Shown in pieces: positions 45,338-53,685 of a stretch of 64,000 nucleotides of DNA (position 1 is its first letter; every line of letters starts with the position of its first letter). A program made the position numbers and the translations under genes. Below the pieces are notes generated by a model, which ran no database searches, had not been told where the DNA came from, and worked only from the letters and a program-made list of their open reading frames with translations. Source of the stretch: Candidatus Aminicenantes bacterium (GTDB lineage Bacteria; Acidobacteriota; Aminicenantia; Aminicenantales; JAFGBC01); the NCBI GenBank assembly GCA_963702005.1, contig OY969696.1, forward strand, positions 1,440,001 to 1,504,000. Direction: 5' to 3'.

Positions 45338-45417
45338 GAGCGAGGCCGGCAGGAAATTTATTTTTACCGGGTTTTATGGTAATCTTTTGAAACCAATTCC
45401 GGAGAGAGGAGTCGACC

Positions 45418-46533
45418 ATGGCCAAGTATAAGATCGCGATCCTGCCCGGCGACGGGGTGGGCAAGGACGTCGTCGAAGCGACGATGATCGTCCTCAAGAA
45501 GCTCCGGGTCAACGCCGAGTACATCTATGGCGATATCGGTTGGGAGTTCTGGCGCAAGGAGGGGAACGCTCTTCCCGACCGGACCATCCAGCTCCTCAAG
45601 GGGACGGACGCCTGTCTGTTCGGCGCCATCACCTCCAAACCCAAGGAGGACGCGGCCGCCGAGCTCGATCCTTCCCTCAGGAGCAAGGGCTTATCCTACT
45701 TCAGTCCGATCGTCCGACTCCGCCAGGAGTTCGACCTGTATACGAACCTCCGTCCCTGCAAGGCTTACCCGGGAAATCCCCTCAATTATAAAGACAAGAT
45801 CGACCTGGTTGTCTTCCGGGAGAACACCGAGGGCATGTACGCCGGGGTCGAGTTCTTCCCGCTCCCCCAGGGCGTCAAGGACGCCCTCTCCATCCATCCC
45901 AAGATGAAGCCGTTCAAGGACGTTCCCCTCGACCAAATCGCCGTCTCGACCCGAATCATGACCCACAAGGGCTGCGAACGTATCGTTCGGGCCGCCTTCG
46001 AGTTCGCCCGCAAGTACAAGCGGCGCTCGGTCACCGTCGTCGAGAAGCCCAATGTCCTTCGCGAAACGGGCGGTCTGATGCTCGCTGTATCCCGCGAGGT
46101 CGCCAGGGGCTATCCGGACATTCCTTTCAAAGACGCCAACATCGATGCCATGTGTATGTGGCTGGTCAAGAACCCCTACGACTACGACGTCCTGGTCGCC
46201 GAAAACCTGTTCGGCGACATCATCTCGGACCTGGCCGCCCAGCTCGTCGGCGGACTGGGCTTCGCCTCGGCCGGCAACATCGGCGACAAATACGCCGTTT
46301 TCGAGCCGACCCACGGCTCGGCCCCCAAATACGCCGGCATGAACAAGGTCAACCCGATCGCGACCTTCCTGGCCGCCAAGCTCATGCTGGACTGGCTGGG
46401 AGAAACCGGCCAGGCGGCCGCCCTCGAGGGCGCCGTCGCCGAAGTCATCAAAGACGGGAAAGCCCGAACCTACGATCTGGGCGGTAAAACGACGACCCTC
46501 GAGATGGGAGAGGCCGTCGCCGCCAGGCTCTGA
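45418..46533 (+). CDS. Isocitrate/isopropylmalate-family beta-decarboxylating dehydrogenase (homoisocitrate/isocitrate DH-like)
   Basis: LPGDGVG, YFSPIVRLRQEFDLYTNLRP, RENTEG.Y, NLFGDIISD, FEPTHGSAPKYAG, TYDLGG. Confidence 0.92.
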   Translation: MAKYKIAILPGDGVGKDVVEATMIVLKKLRVNAEYIYGDIGWEFWRKEGNALPDRTIQLLKGTDACLFGAITSKPKEDAAAELDPSLRSKGLSYFSPIVRLRQEFDLYTNLRPCKAYPGNPLNYKDKIDLVVFRENTEGMYAGVEFFPLPQGVKDALSIHPKMKPFKDVPLDQIAVSTRIMTHKGCERIVRAAFEFARKYKRRSVTVVEKPNVLRETGGLMLAVSREVARGYPDIPFKDANIDAMCMWLVKNPYDYDVLVAENLFGDIISDLAAQLVGGLGFASAGNIGDKYAVFEPTHGSAPKYAGMNKVNPIATFLAAKLMLDWLGETGQAAALEGAVAEVIKDGKARTYDLGGKTTTLEMGEAVAARL

Positions 46534-46545
46534 GCCTCGACGGAA

Positions 46546-47220
46546 ATGATTATCCTGGCCGTCGATACCACGACGCCGGCCGGTTCCGTGGCGCTCCTCC
46601 GGGACGGGACGCTTCTGGCCGAGATCAACTCCGAGTCGGGCCTGACCCACTCCGAGCGGCTTCTGGCCTCGGTCGAGGCCGTTCTCGGCTCCCAGAAAAT
46701 CGCGCTCTCCGGCGTCGACGGATTCGCCGTGGCGGCCGGGCCCGGTTCCTTCACCGGCATCCGGATCGGACTCAGCACCGTCAAGTCGTTCTGCTTCGCT
46801 TCGGGAAAGCCCGGCGTTCCCGTCTCGACGCTCGAGGCGCTGGCCCTCAAGCTCGCCGCTTCCGGCGGCCGGCTTGTGTGTCCGATGCTCGACGCTAAAA
46901 AGGGCGAGGTTTACGCGGCCTTGTACGAGTCGAAGGGCGGGCGGCTCGAGGAGTTCCTTCCCCAAGGGGCCTACCTCCCCGATGCGTTCCTGGCCCGGCT
47001 GCCCTCCCGGCGCGTCGTTCACTTCCTTGGCAACGGGGCCGTCCTCTATAAAGAAAATATCGCGGCCCGGCTTGAGGACAGGGGAGTCTTCGTCCTGCGC
47101 TCGCCCTTTATCGGATTCGAGGTCGGAAAGCTCGGAGGTGAGGCGCTCAAGGCGGGGAAGGGGCTCTCCGGCGCCGATCTGCAGCCTTTCTATTTCCGGA
47201 AATCCCAAGCGGAGGAATAA
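46546..47220 (+). CDS. tsaB: tRNA threonylcarbamoyladenosine biosynthesis protein TsaB
   Basis: ILAVDT, HSERL, GPGSFTGIRIG, DAKKGEVY, P.Y.R. Confidence 0.93.
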   Translation: MIILAVDTTTPAGSVALLRDGTLLAEINSESGLTHSERLLASVEAVLGSQKIALSGVDGFAVAAGPGSFTGIRIGLSTVKSFCFASGKPGVPVSTLEALALKLAASGGRLVCPMLDAKKGEVYAALYESKGGRLEEFLPQGAYLPDAFLARLPSRRVVHFLGNGAVLYKENIAARLEDRGVFVLRSPFIGFEVGKLGGEALKAGKGLSGADLQPFYFRKSQAEE

Positions 47221-47221
47221 G

Positions 47222-47698
47222 ATCAAGGTTGAAGCCGGAGCGCTGCCCTTCCATCTCCGTTGGATGGAGGTGAAGGACGTGGCCGCCGTTCAGGCCATCG
47301 AAAAGCTTTCCTTTGCCAATCCCTGGCACGTCGAAACCTTCCTGGGCGAGATCCAGAACCGCCCCATCTCCCACGCCCTGGTCGCCTACCACGACCTCGA
47401 TAAAAAAGTCATCGGCTATATCATCTTCTGGATCATCAAGGACGAGGCCCAGATCAACAACATGGCCATCCATCCCGACTACCGGGGACGGGGCTACGGA
47501 AAGGAAATGCTTTCTACGACCCTGGAGGAGATGAGGGCGTCGGGCATCCGGATCGTGACTCTCGAAGTCCGCGAGTCCAACCTGAAGGCGTTCAACCTTT
47601 ATAAATCGCTCGGGTTCGAGGCCGTCAGCCGGCGCAGGGACTATTATACCAATCCTCGCGAGGACGCGCTGGCCATGGCCTTGACCTTCGGCCCGTAA
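47222..47698 (+). CDS. rimI: Ribosomal protein S18 alanine N-acetyltransferase (start uncertain: ATC 47222 or ATG 47264)
   Basis: IEKLSFANPW, AIHPDYRGRGYG, TLEVRESN, LYKSLGF, RRDYY..PREDA. Confidence 0.9.
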   Translation: MKVEAGALPFHLRWMEVKDVAAVQAIEKLSFANPWHVETFLGEIQNRPISHALVAYHDLDKKVIGYIIFWIIKDEAQINNMAIHPDYRGRGYGKEMLSTTLEEMRASGIRIVTLEVRESNLKAFNLYKSLGFEAVSRRRDYYTNPREDALAMALTFGP

Positions 47699-48447
47699 TC
47701 GACCCGGACCAGACACAGCCCTTTGGCCGGGGCGGTCGGGCTGGCCAGGGTCCTGTGTTTTTCCCCGAAGAGCCGCTCGACGCCCTCGACCGCGATCCGG
47801 CCCCGGCCGACCTCGATCAGCGTTCCGACGATGGTCCGGACCATATAGCGGAGGAAGCCGTCGGCTTCGATGGTGAAGACGATCTCGTCGCCTTTCTTCC
47901 GAAGCTCGGACCGCGTCACCCGCCGGACCGGATTTAGCTCGCGGTTCGAGGAGAAGGCGCTGAAGTCGGCTTCCCGCACGAACAGGCGGGCGGCCCGGCG
48001 CATGCGGACTACGTTCAAGGGGCGAGGATGATGGTGAACGTAGCGGAGGTCGAAAGGGGTGATCCGGGGTCCGAGGACGATCCGGTATTGATAGACTTTG
48101 GACAGGGCGCTCTTCCGAGCGTGGAACTGGGGGCTTGCCTTATCCACCGCCAGAACCCGGATGGCCCCGGGGAGGAGCGCGTTCAGGGCGCGGAGAAGTG
48201 TCGCATCGTCAAGCGTCAGGGCGGCTTTGAAGCTCGCGACCTGAGCACGGGCATGGACGCCGGCGTCTGTCCGGCCCGCGCCGTGGACGGCGATCCGCCC
48301 TCCGGCCAGGCGTTCCAGGGCCTTTTCCAGTTCGCCCTGGATCGTCCGCCCGGAGGGCTGGCGCTGCCAGCCGCGGAAATCCGTTCCGTCGTAGCTGAGC
48401 GTAAGCTTGTAGTTGATGGGGGAAGCGGGTTTAGCGTTTGAAGGCAA
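47644..48447 (-). CDS. truA: tRNA pseudouridine(38-40) synthase
   Basis: YDGTDFRGWQRQ, AGRTDAGVHA, FHAR, DFSAF, FLRYMVR, TAPAKGL; probable TTG start after GGAGGAGG; 3' end overlaps rimI convergently. Confidence 0.93.
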   Translation of the reverse strand: MPSNAKPASPINYKLTLSYDGTDFRGWQRQPSGRTIQGELEKALERLAGGRIAVHGAGRTDAGVHARAQVASFKAALTLDDATLLRALNALLPGAIRVLAVDKASPQFHARKSALSKVYQYRIVLGPRITPFDLRYVHHHPRPLNVVRMRRAARLFVREADFSAFSSNRELNPVRRVTRSELRKKGDEIVFTIEADGFLRYMVRTIVGTLIEVGRGRIAVEGVERLFGEKHRTLASPTAPAKGLCLVRVDYGPKVKAMASASSRGLV

Positions 48448-48889
48448 GCTCAACCGCCTCCTCCGGAGTACGGGCCGGGATAACGCCCTTGATGTCCCAG
48501 GTTCCCAGGCCGATGACTTTTTTCCCATAGATAATGCCAAAGGCGATTTCGCTCAGGGTCCCATATTCGCCGTCGACGGCGATGAGGACGTCCGCGTTGA
48601 GGGCGACCAGAGAGTTCCTGGTATAGCCGAGTCCGGTCGCGATGGGGAGGTCTACGAAGGCATTGGCCTGGGACGGATCGGTCCCGGGGAGGATTCCCAC
48701 GGCCAGGCCGCCCGCTTCCCGCGCCCCCCGGCAGGCCGCCTCCATGACCCCGCCCAGCCCTCCGCAGACGAGAACGCCCTCCCGTCCGGCGACGAGCCGG
48801 CCCACCTCGCGGGCCGCCTCGAGCGCCGCCTTAGCGGGGCGGCTGCCCCCGATGACGCCGACGCGGGGCCGGCCGCGGATGTCGTCCAT
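48431..48889 (-). CDS. TIGR00725/LOG-like Rossmann-fold nucleotide-binding protein
   Basis: VCGGLGGVMEAACRGA, GILPG, TGLG.TRN, YGTLSEIA. Confidence 0.88.
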   Translation of the reverse strand: MDDIRGRPRVGVIGGSRPAKAALEAAREVGRLVAGREGVLVCGGLGGVMEAACRGAREAGGLAVGILPGTDPSQANAFVDLPIATGLGYTRNSLVALNADVLIAVDGEYGTLSEIAFGIIYGKKVIGLGTWDIKGVIPARTPEEAVELAFKR

Positions 48890-48934
48890 GGCTTCCTTTT
48901 ACCATACGGGCCGGGCCATTTCAATCGGAGGGGT

Positions 48935-49270
48935 TGCCCTTCGCAAGGCTCAGGACTATCGCAATACAATCCCGGCCTGATGGCCGGAGTGTTGAGCGAG
49001 GTGCCCTTCGCAAGGCTCAGGACTATCGCAATACAATCCCGGCCTGATGGCCGGAGTGTTGAGCGAGTTGCCCTTCGCAAGGCTCAGGACTACCCTTATA
49101 CAGTCCCTGTTCGAGGCTGCACTCACAATCTGTTAGCACAGCTAGTGAGTACGGGCGAAGCGCCCGGAGGCAGAAGGGGTTGCCCTTCGCAAGGCTCAGG
49201 ACTACCCTTGTACAGTCCCCGCCCGACGGCTAGAGGCAGAAGGGGTTGATGTCGGCCGGGCTTATGACTA
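48935..49270. repeat. Array of 24-nt direct repeats (4 perfect + 1 degenerate) alternating with homologous hairpins
   Basis: TGCCCTTCGCAAGGCTCAGGACTA at 48935, 49002, 49069, 49181; 15/24 copy at 49247; intervals of 43, 43, 88 and 42 nt. Confidence 0.92.
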
Positions 49271-49340
49271 CAATGGGACTTCCCAAGGGCCCCTTGGCGG
49301 CCTCGCCCGAAATACAATAAAATAGGCAGGGAGTGCGACC

Positions 49341-49553
49341 ATGGCCGATTATCTGGAGATCAAAGGATTGAGCGCGGAGGAGCGCCGCCGTCTCCTCGCC
49401 GAGATCGAAGACAGGATCGCCCGGAGGATCAAAGACGGCCTCCTGAGCGAGCGGGAGGTCAGGGAGATCGAAGAGATGCGACTCCGTCCCCTGCCCGACA
49501 TCCTGGACGTCCAGAGCGTTTACGACGGTACGCTCTTCGACCGGAAGAGCTGA
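49341..49553 (+). CDS. Small hypothetical protein
   Basis: 70-aa ORF with RBS (AGGGAG), host-like codon use, first gene of the GT cluster. Confidence 0.65.
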   Translation: MADYLEIKGLSAEERRRLLAEIEDRIARRIKDGLLSEREVREIEEMRLRPLPDILDVQSVYDGTLFDRKS

Positions 49554-49585
49554 GACGGACCAACCCGCGAGAGGAGGGAGATCCC

Positions 49586-50374
49586 ATGGATCAGACCGGA
49601 ACCGATCGCCACGATCCATCCGGAATCGTCATTGACTACGACCGCCTCGATGTCGCGGACATCATGGCCCAGATCAAGGCCAGGATCGCCGAACAGCCGG
49701 CCGCGCCGCCTCCCGAAGTTCCCGCCGAAGGTCCCGGTCCTTTGGCCGCCGAAGAGCCGCCGCTTCCCCCTCCATCCGGCCTCAAGGGGAAGCTCAAACG
49801 GATCTTCTTCAAGATCATGCGTCCGTTCGCCCCCCTTCAGAAGCTCCTGGCCTTGCCGACCCACCGGGAGCTCATGGAGACCGTCCGCAAGCTCCACCAG
49901 ACGAACCTCCGGCTTGAGCGGCTGGTGGTCCAAATGGACCTTGAGTTCCGCCGGGTCAATGCGAATGTCTCCCGGGCCGAGAATCGGATCGACGTCGCCA
50001 ACGAGAGGCTCGATATAGCCCAAAACGCGTTGGGCGAGCGGATCGGCTCGGGCTTGAGAGAGGCCAACCAGCGGATCGAGGATATCCTCCGCATGGCCAA
50101 CGAACGGATCGACGAGGTCCACGCGACGCTCAGCGACCGGGTGGACCTGATCAACCGGACGACCAACGAACGGGTCGACGACGCCTATGACGAGATCCAG
50201 AGGGCGATGGAGTTCGTCAAGCTCCTTCACAACCTGTCCCACAACCTTGTCGTCGAGCTCAGCAAGCTCAAGATCGAGGAGGAAGGCCTCAAGCTCAAGA
50301 CGCGCGTCATGGAGAAAGACTTCGAGTTCCTGGGCCGGCGCGAGAAAGCCCTGGAGAAAGAACTCGTGAAATGA
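49586..50374 (+). CDS. Coiled-coil hypothetical protein with 11-residue repeats
   Basis: DVADIMAQIKARI N-terminus, Pro-rich linker, ANERLDIAQNA/ANQRIEDILRM/ANERIDEVHAT repeats; ATGA coupling to the next GT. Confidence 0.75.
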   Translation: MDQTGTDRHDPSGIVIDYDRLDVADIMAQIKARIAEQPAAPPPEVPAEGPGPLAAEEPPLPPPSGLKGKLKRIFFKIMRPFAPLQKLLALPTHRELMETVRKLHQTNLRLERLVVQMDLEFRRVNANVSRAENRIDVANERLDIAQNALGERIGSGLREANQRIEDILRMANERIDEVHATLSDRVDLINRTTNERVDDAYDEIQRAMEFVKLLHNLSHNLVVELSKLKIEEEGLKLKTRVMEKDFEFLGRREKALEKELVK

Positions 50375-51546
50375 AGGTCTGTTTCGTCGTCCAGAGGTAC
50401 GGCCTGGAGATCAACGGCGGCGCCGAGCTCCATTGCCGCTGGGTCGCCGAGCACATGCGCAAATACTGGGACGTCGAGGTCCTGACGACCAAGGCCTACG
50501 ACTACGTGACCTGGAAAAACCACTACCGGGAGGCCGAGACGGTCATCAACGGGATTCCAGTCCGGCGCTTCCCGGTCAGCCGGCCCCGGAGCCCGGAGCG
50601 ATTCGGCCAGATCCAGAACCACATCCTCGAGAACGAGCACGGCGAGGAGGAGGAGCTGGCCTGGCTCGAGGAGGAGGGGCCGCTCGTCCCCGCCCTGATC
50701 GATGCCATCAAGGCCGAGGAGCGCCGTTTCGACTATTTCATCTTCTTCAGCTACCGCTATTACCATTCCTTCTACGGGATCAAGGCCGTCCCCGCGAAAA
50801 GCATCCTCGTCCCGACGGCCGAACACGACCCCGTCATCCACCTCCGGATCTTCAAAGACCTGTTCCGGATGCCCCGAGCCTTCGTCTACAACTCCTACGA
50901 GGAACGGGCCATGATCCAGGGCCTTTCCCGCAACGAGGATGTCCCCGGCGATGTCGTCGGGGTCGGGACCGAGGTGCCGGATTCCTACGACGGCGAGCGC
51001 TTCCGGGCCAAGTTCGGGATCGCCGGACCTTATCTCATCTACGTCGGCCGGATCGACCAGAACAAGGGCTGCCACAAGCTGTTCGAGTACTTCCTCCGCT
51101 TCAAGAAGGAGACCGGGTCGCCCGCCCGGCTCTTGCTGGTCGGGAACACGATCCTTCCCATCCCCGACCACCCCGATGTCCGCCACTTGGGATTCCTGTC
51201 CGAGCAGGACAAGTTCGACGGCATCGCCGGGGCCGACGCCCTGATGATGCCCTCCTTCTACGAGAGTCTGTCCATGGTCACCCTCGAGGCTTGGGCGATG
51301 GGGAAGCCGGTCCTGGCCAACGCCGCCTGCGAGGTTCTCCGGGGACAATGCCGCCGGAGCAACGGCGGGCTCTATTACGAAAACTACCGTGAGTTCCGGG
51401 AGGCTCTCCTTCTCATCCTCGAGGATCCGGCGCTTCGGGCGGCCATGGGCCGCAACGGCCGGGCCTATTTCAACGCCAACTACACTTGGGACGTCATCGA
51501 GAGCAAATACCTGGCCATCGTCGCCGGGCTGGAGAGGAGGCCCTGA
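50371..51546 (+). CDS. Glycosyltransferase family 4 (type A)
   Basis: VVQRYG..GGAE, PTAEHD, YVGRID.NKG, ESLSMVTLEAW. Confidence 0.9.
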   Translation: MKVCFVVQRYGLEINGGAELHCRWVAEHMRKYWDVEVLTTKAYDYVTWKNHYREAETVINGIPVRRFPVSRPRSPERFGQIQNHILENEHGEEEELAWLEEEGPLVPALIDAIKAEERRFDYFIFFSYRYYHSFYGIKAVPAKSILVPTAEHDPVIHLRIFKDLFRMPRAFVYNSYEERAMIQGLSRNEDVPGDVVGVGTEVPDSYDGERFRAKFGIAGPYLIYVGRIDQNKGCHKLFEYFLRFKKETGSPARLLLVGNTILPIPDHPDVRHLGFLSEQDKFDGIAGADALMMPSFYESLSMVTLEAWAMGKPVLANAACEVLRGQCRRSNGGLYYENYREFREALLLILEDPALRAAMGRNGRAYFNANYTWDVIESKYLAIVAGLERRP

Positions 51547-52614
51547 GTGGAGGTCCATCAGTTCTCGACATCCCTGACCTACGGTGACGCCATTTCCGAC
51601 GAGATCCTCGAAATCCGCAAGGCCCTCCGGGAGCGGGGCCTCGGCTCCGAGATCTTCGTCCGCTTCTTCGAGCCGAGAATGGCCGGTTATATCCATGACT
51701 TCCGGGAGTACCCCCGCTTCAGCGCGGCCGGGAACGTCGTCATCTTCCATTTCTCGATCGGCTCGCCCGTCTCCAAGATGTTCCTGCGCATCCCGGATAA
51801 GCGGATCCTGATCTACCACAACATCACGCCCTACGACTATTTTCTGGACAGCCACCGGATCCTGACCCGGGAGTGCTATAAGGGCCGGCTCGAACTGGAT
51901 CAGTTCAAGGACAAGATCAATCTGGCCCTGGGCGATTCCGATTTCAACCGCCGGGAGCTGGCCGAGGCCGGCTACCCTCGGACGGGTGTTCTCCCCATCC
52001 TCCTCGACTTCGCCAAGTTCGACGTCCCGGGCGATCCGGTCGTCCGCTCCATCTTCGCCGAGCCCAAAACCACCATCCTCTATGTGGGCCGGGTCATTCC
52101 CAACAAGAAATTCGAGGACGTTATCAAGACATTCTATATTTATAAGAAGGAATTCAACCGGAACGCCCGGCTCATCCTGGCCGGGGATTTCCGGGGCATG
52201 GAGCGCTACCTGGCCGCCCTCCAGGATCTCATCGATCGGCTGGCCCTGGACGACGTCCACCTGACCGGCCACGTCGACTTCGAGGAGCTCGTCGCCTACT
52301 ACAGGCTGGCCGACGTTTACCTGAGCATGAGCGAGCACGAAGGATTTGGCGTGCCCCTCCTCGAGGCCTTCCACCTCAAGATCCCGGTCGTCGCCTTCGC
52401 GGCCGGCGCCGTCGAGGAGACCATGAACGGCGGCGGAGTCCTCCTTCGTCGCAAGGACTTCCTGCGGACGGCGGCACTCATCGACCGGATCGTCCAAGAC
52501 CGCGCCCTCCGGGAGCGGATCGTGACCGGGCAGCTCAAGGCTCTCGCGAAATACAGCAGGGCGAACGTCAGCCGCATCCTGTTCGACCACATCGATGGAG
52601 TGGTCAGGGCATGA
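51547..52614 (+). CDS. Glycosyltransferase family 4 (type B)
   Basis: GDAI, YHNITP, YVGRVIPNK, SEHEGFGVPLLEA; GTG start. Confidence 0.9.
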   Translation: MEVHQFSTSLTYGDAISDEILEIRKALRERGLGSEIFVRFFEPRMAGYIHDFREYPRFSAAGNVVIFHFSIGSPVSKMFLRIPDKRILIYHNITPYDYFLDSHRILTRECYKGRLELDQFKDKINLALGDSDFNRRELAEAGYPRTGVLPILLDFAKFDVPGDPVVRSIFAEPKTTILYVGRVIPNKKFEDVIKTFYIYKKEFNRNARLILAGDFRGMERYLAALQDLIDRLALDDVHLTGHVDFEELVAYYRLADVYLSMSEHEGFGVPLLEAFHLKIPVVAFAAGAVEETMNGGGVLLRRKDFLRTAALIDRIVQDRALRERIVTGQLKALAKYSRANVSRILFDHIDGVVRA

Positions 52615-53684
52615 GGATCGACCAGCTCATTCCGGCCTTCCACCGCGGCGACGCCATCGGCGACACGGCCTTCCACCTCCGGAACGCCCTCCGCGCCCGC
52701 GGCTTCGGGTCGGACATTTATTGCCTCAATCACGATCCGGACCTGGCCGGCGAAGCCCGGCTGTTCGCAGACTTCCCGCCGCCCGGGGCCGGGGATATCG
52801 CCATCCTCCACTTCGCCCTTCCCAGCCCGCTGACCGAAGGCCTCATCCGGCAACCATGCCGGAAGTTTATTATCTACCACAACATCACCCCGCCCGAGTT
52901 TTTCGAGCCCTTCCATGCCGAGATGGCCCGGCTCTGCCGGCTCGGCCGCGAGGAACTCGTCCGGCTGGCCCCCCATGTCGAGGTCGGCCTGGCCGATTCC
53001 GAGTACAACCGGCTTGAGCTCGAGGCGCTCGGCTACCGGACGACCCGGGAGTTCCCTCTCTTCGTCGATTTCGCCAAATACGAGCGGCCGCCCAGCCGGT
53101 TCGTCCGGGATTTGTTCAGGGACGGCCGGACTAACATCCTGTTCGTGGGCCGGATCGTCCCCAATAAGCGGATCGACGACCTCATCAAGGTTGTCTTCTA
53201 CTATAAAAAATACATCTCGCCCCTGGTCCGGCTCATCGTCGTCGGCAAGACCTCTTCGCTTCCGGTTTACACCCAAGCCCTGGTCCGGATGGCCGACGAA
53301 TTCTACCTCAAGCCCGAGGAGATCACCTTCGCCGGCCACATTCCCGACGAAGAGATGTACGCTCTCTATCGGGCGTCCCACGTCTTCCTGTCCTTGAGCG
53401 AGCATGAGGGATTCTGCCTGCCGCTCGTCGAGAGCATGGTCTTCGACCTCCCCATCGTCGCCTACGCTTCGACGGCCGTCCCCTACACCCTGGACGGGGC
53501 GGGCGTCTTGATCCATGACAAGCGGGTCGACCGGACGGCCGAGCTCGTCGACATCGTCGCCCGCGACGAGAAGATCCGTAAAACGGTCGTCGCCGGGCAG
53601 CGCCGGCGCCTGGAGGCCTTCAAGGCCGAGCAAAAAAAAGCCTTTCTCTTCCGGGAGTTCGAGTCCCTGCTGAGGTCCCGCTGA
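52611..53684 (+). CDS. Glycosyltransferase family 4 (type B paralogue)
   Basis: [32 protein letters not shown]. Confidence 0.9.
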   Translation: MRIDQLIPAFHRGDAIGDTAFHLRNALRARGFGSDIYCLNHDPDLAGEARLFADFPPPGAGDIAILHFALPSPLTEGLIRQPCRKFIIYHNITPPEFFEPFHAEMARLCRLGREELVRLAPHVEVGLADSEYNRLELEALGYRTTREFPLFVDFAKYERPPSRFVRDLFRDGRTNILFVGRIVPNKRIDDLIKVVFYYKKYISPLVRLIVVGKTSSLPVYTQALVRMADEFYLKPEEITFAGHIPDEEMYALYRASHVFLSLSEHEGFCLPLVESMVFDLPIVAYASTAVPYTLDGAGVLIHDKRVDRTAELVDIVARDEKIRKTVVAGQRRRLEAFKAEQKKAFLFREFESLLRSR

Positions 53685-53685
53685 G

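Noticed and set aside
48935-49250. c-di-GMP-I riboswitch, hammerhead ribozyme or integron attC sites
   Set aside because: CGCAAGGC...GGCAG..GGGTTGCC is only superficially GEMM-like and lacks the GGCAAA/GAAA-tetraloop P1; CTGATGG lacks the CUGANGA...GAAA core; GTTGAGC has no matching RYYYAAC and there is no integrase
48935-49270. CRISPR array
   Set aside because: Spacers are homologous to one another (two almost identical), self-complementary and uneven in length; no cas genes in the window
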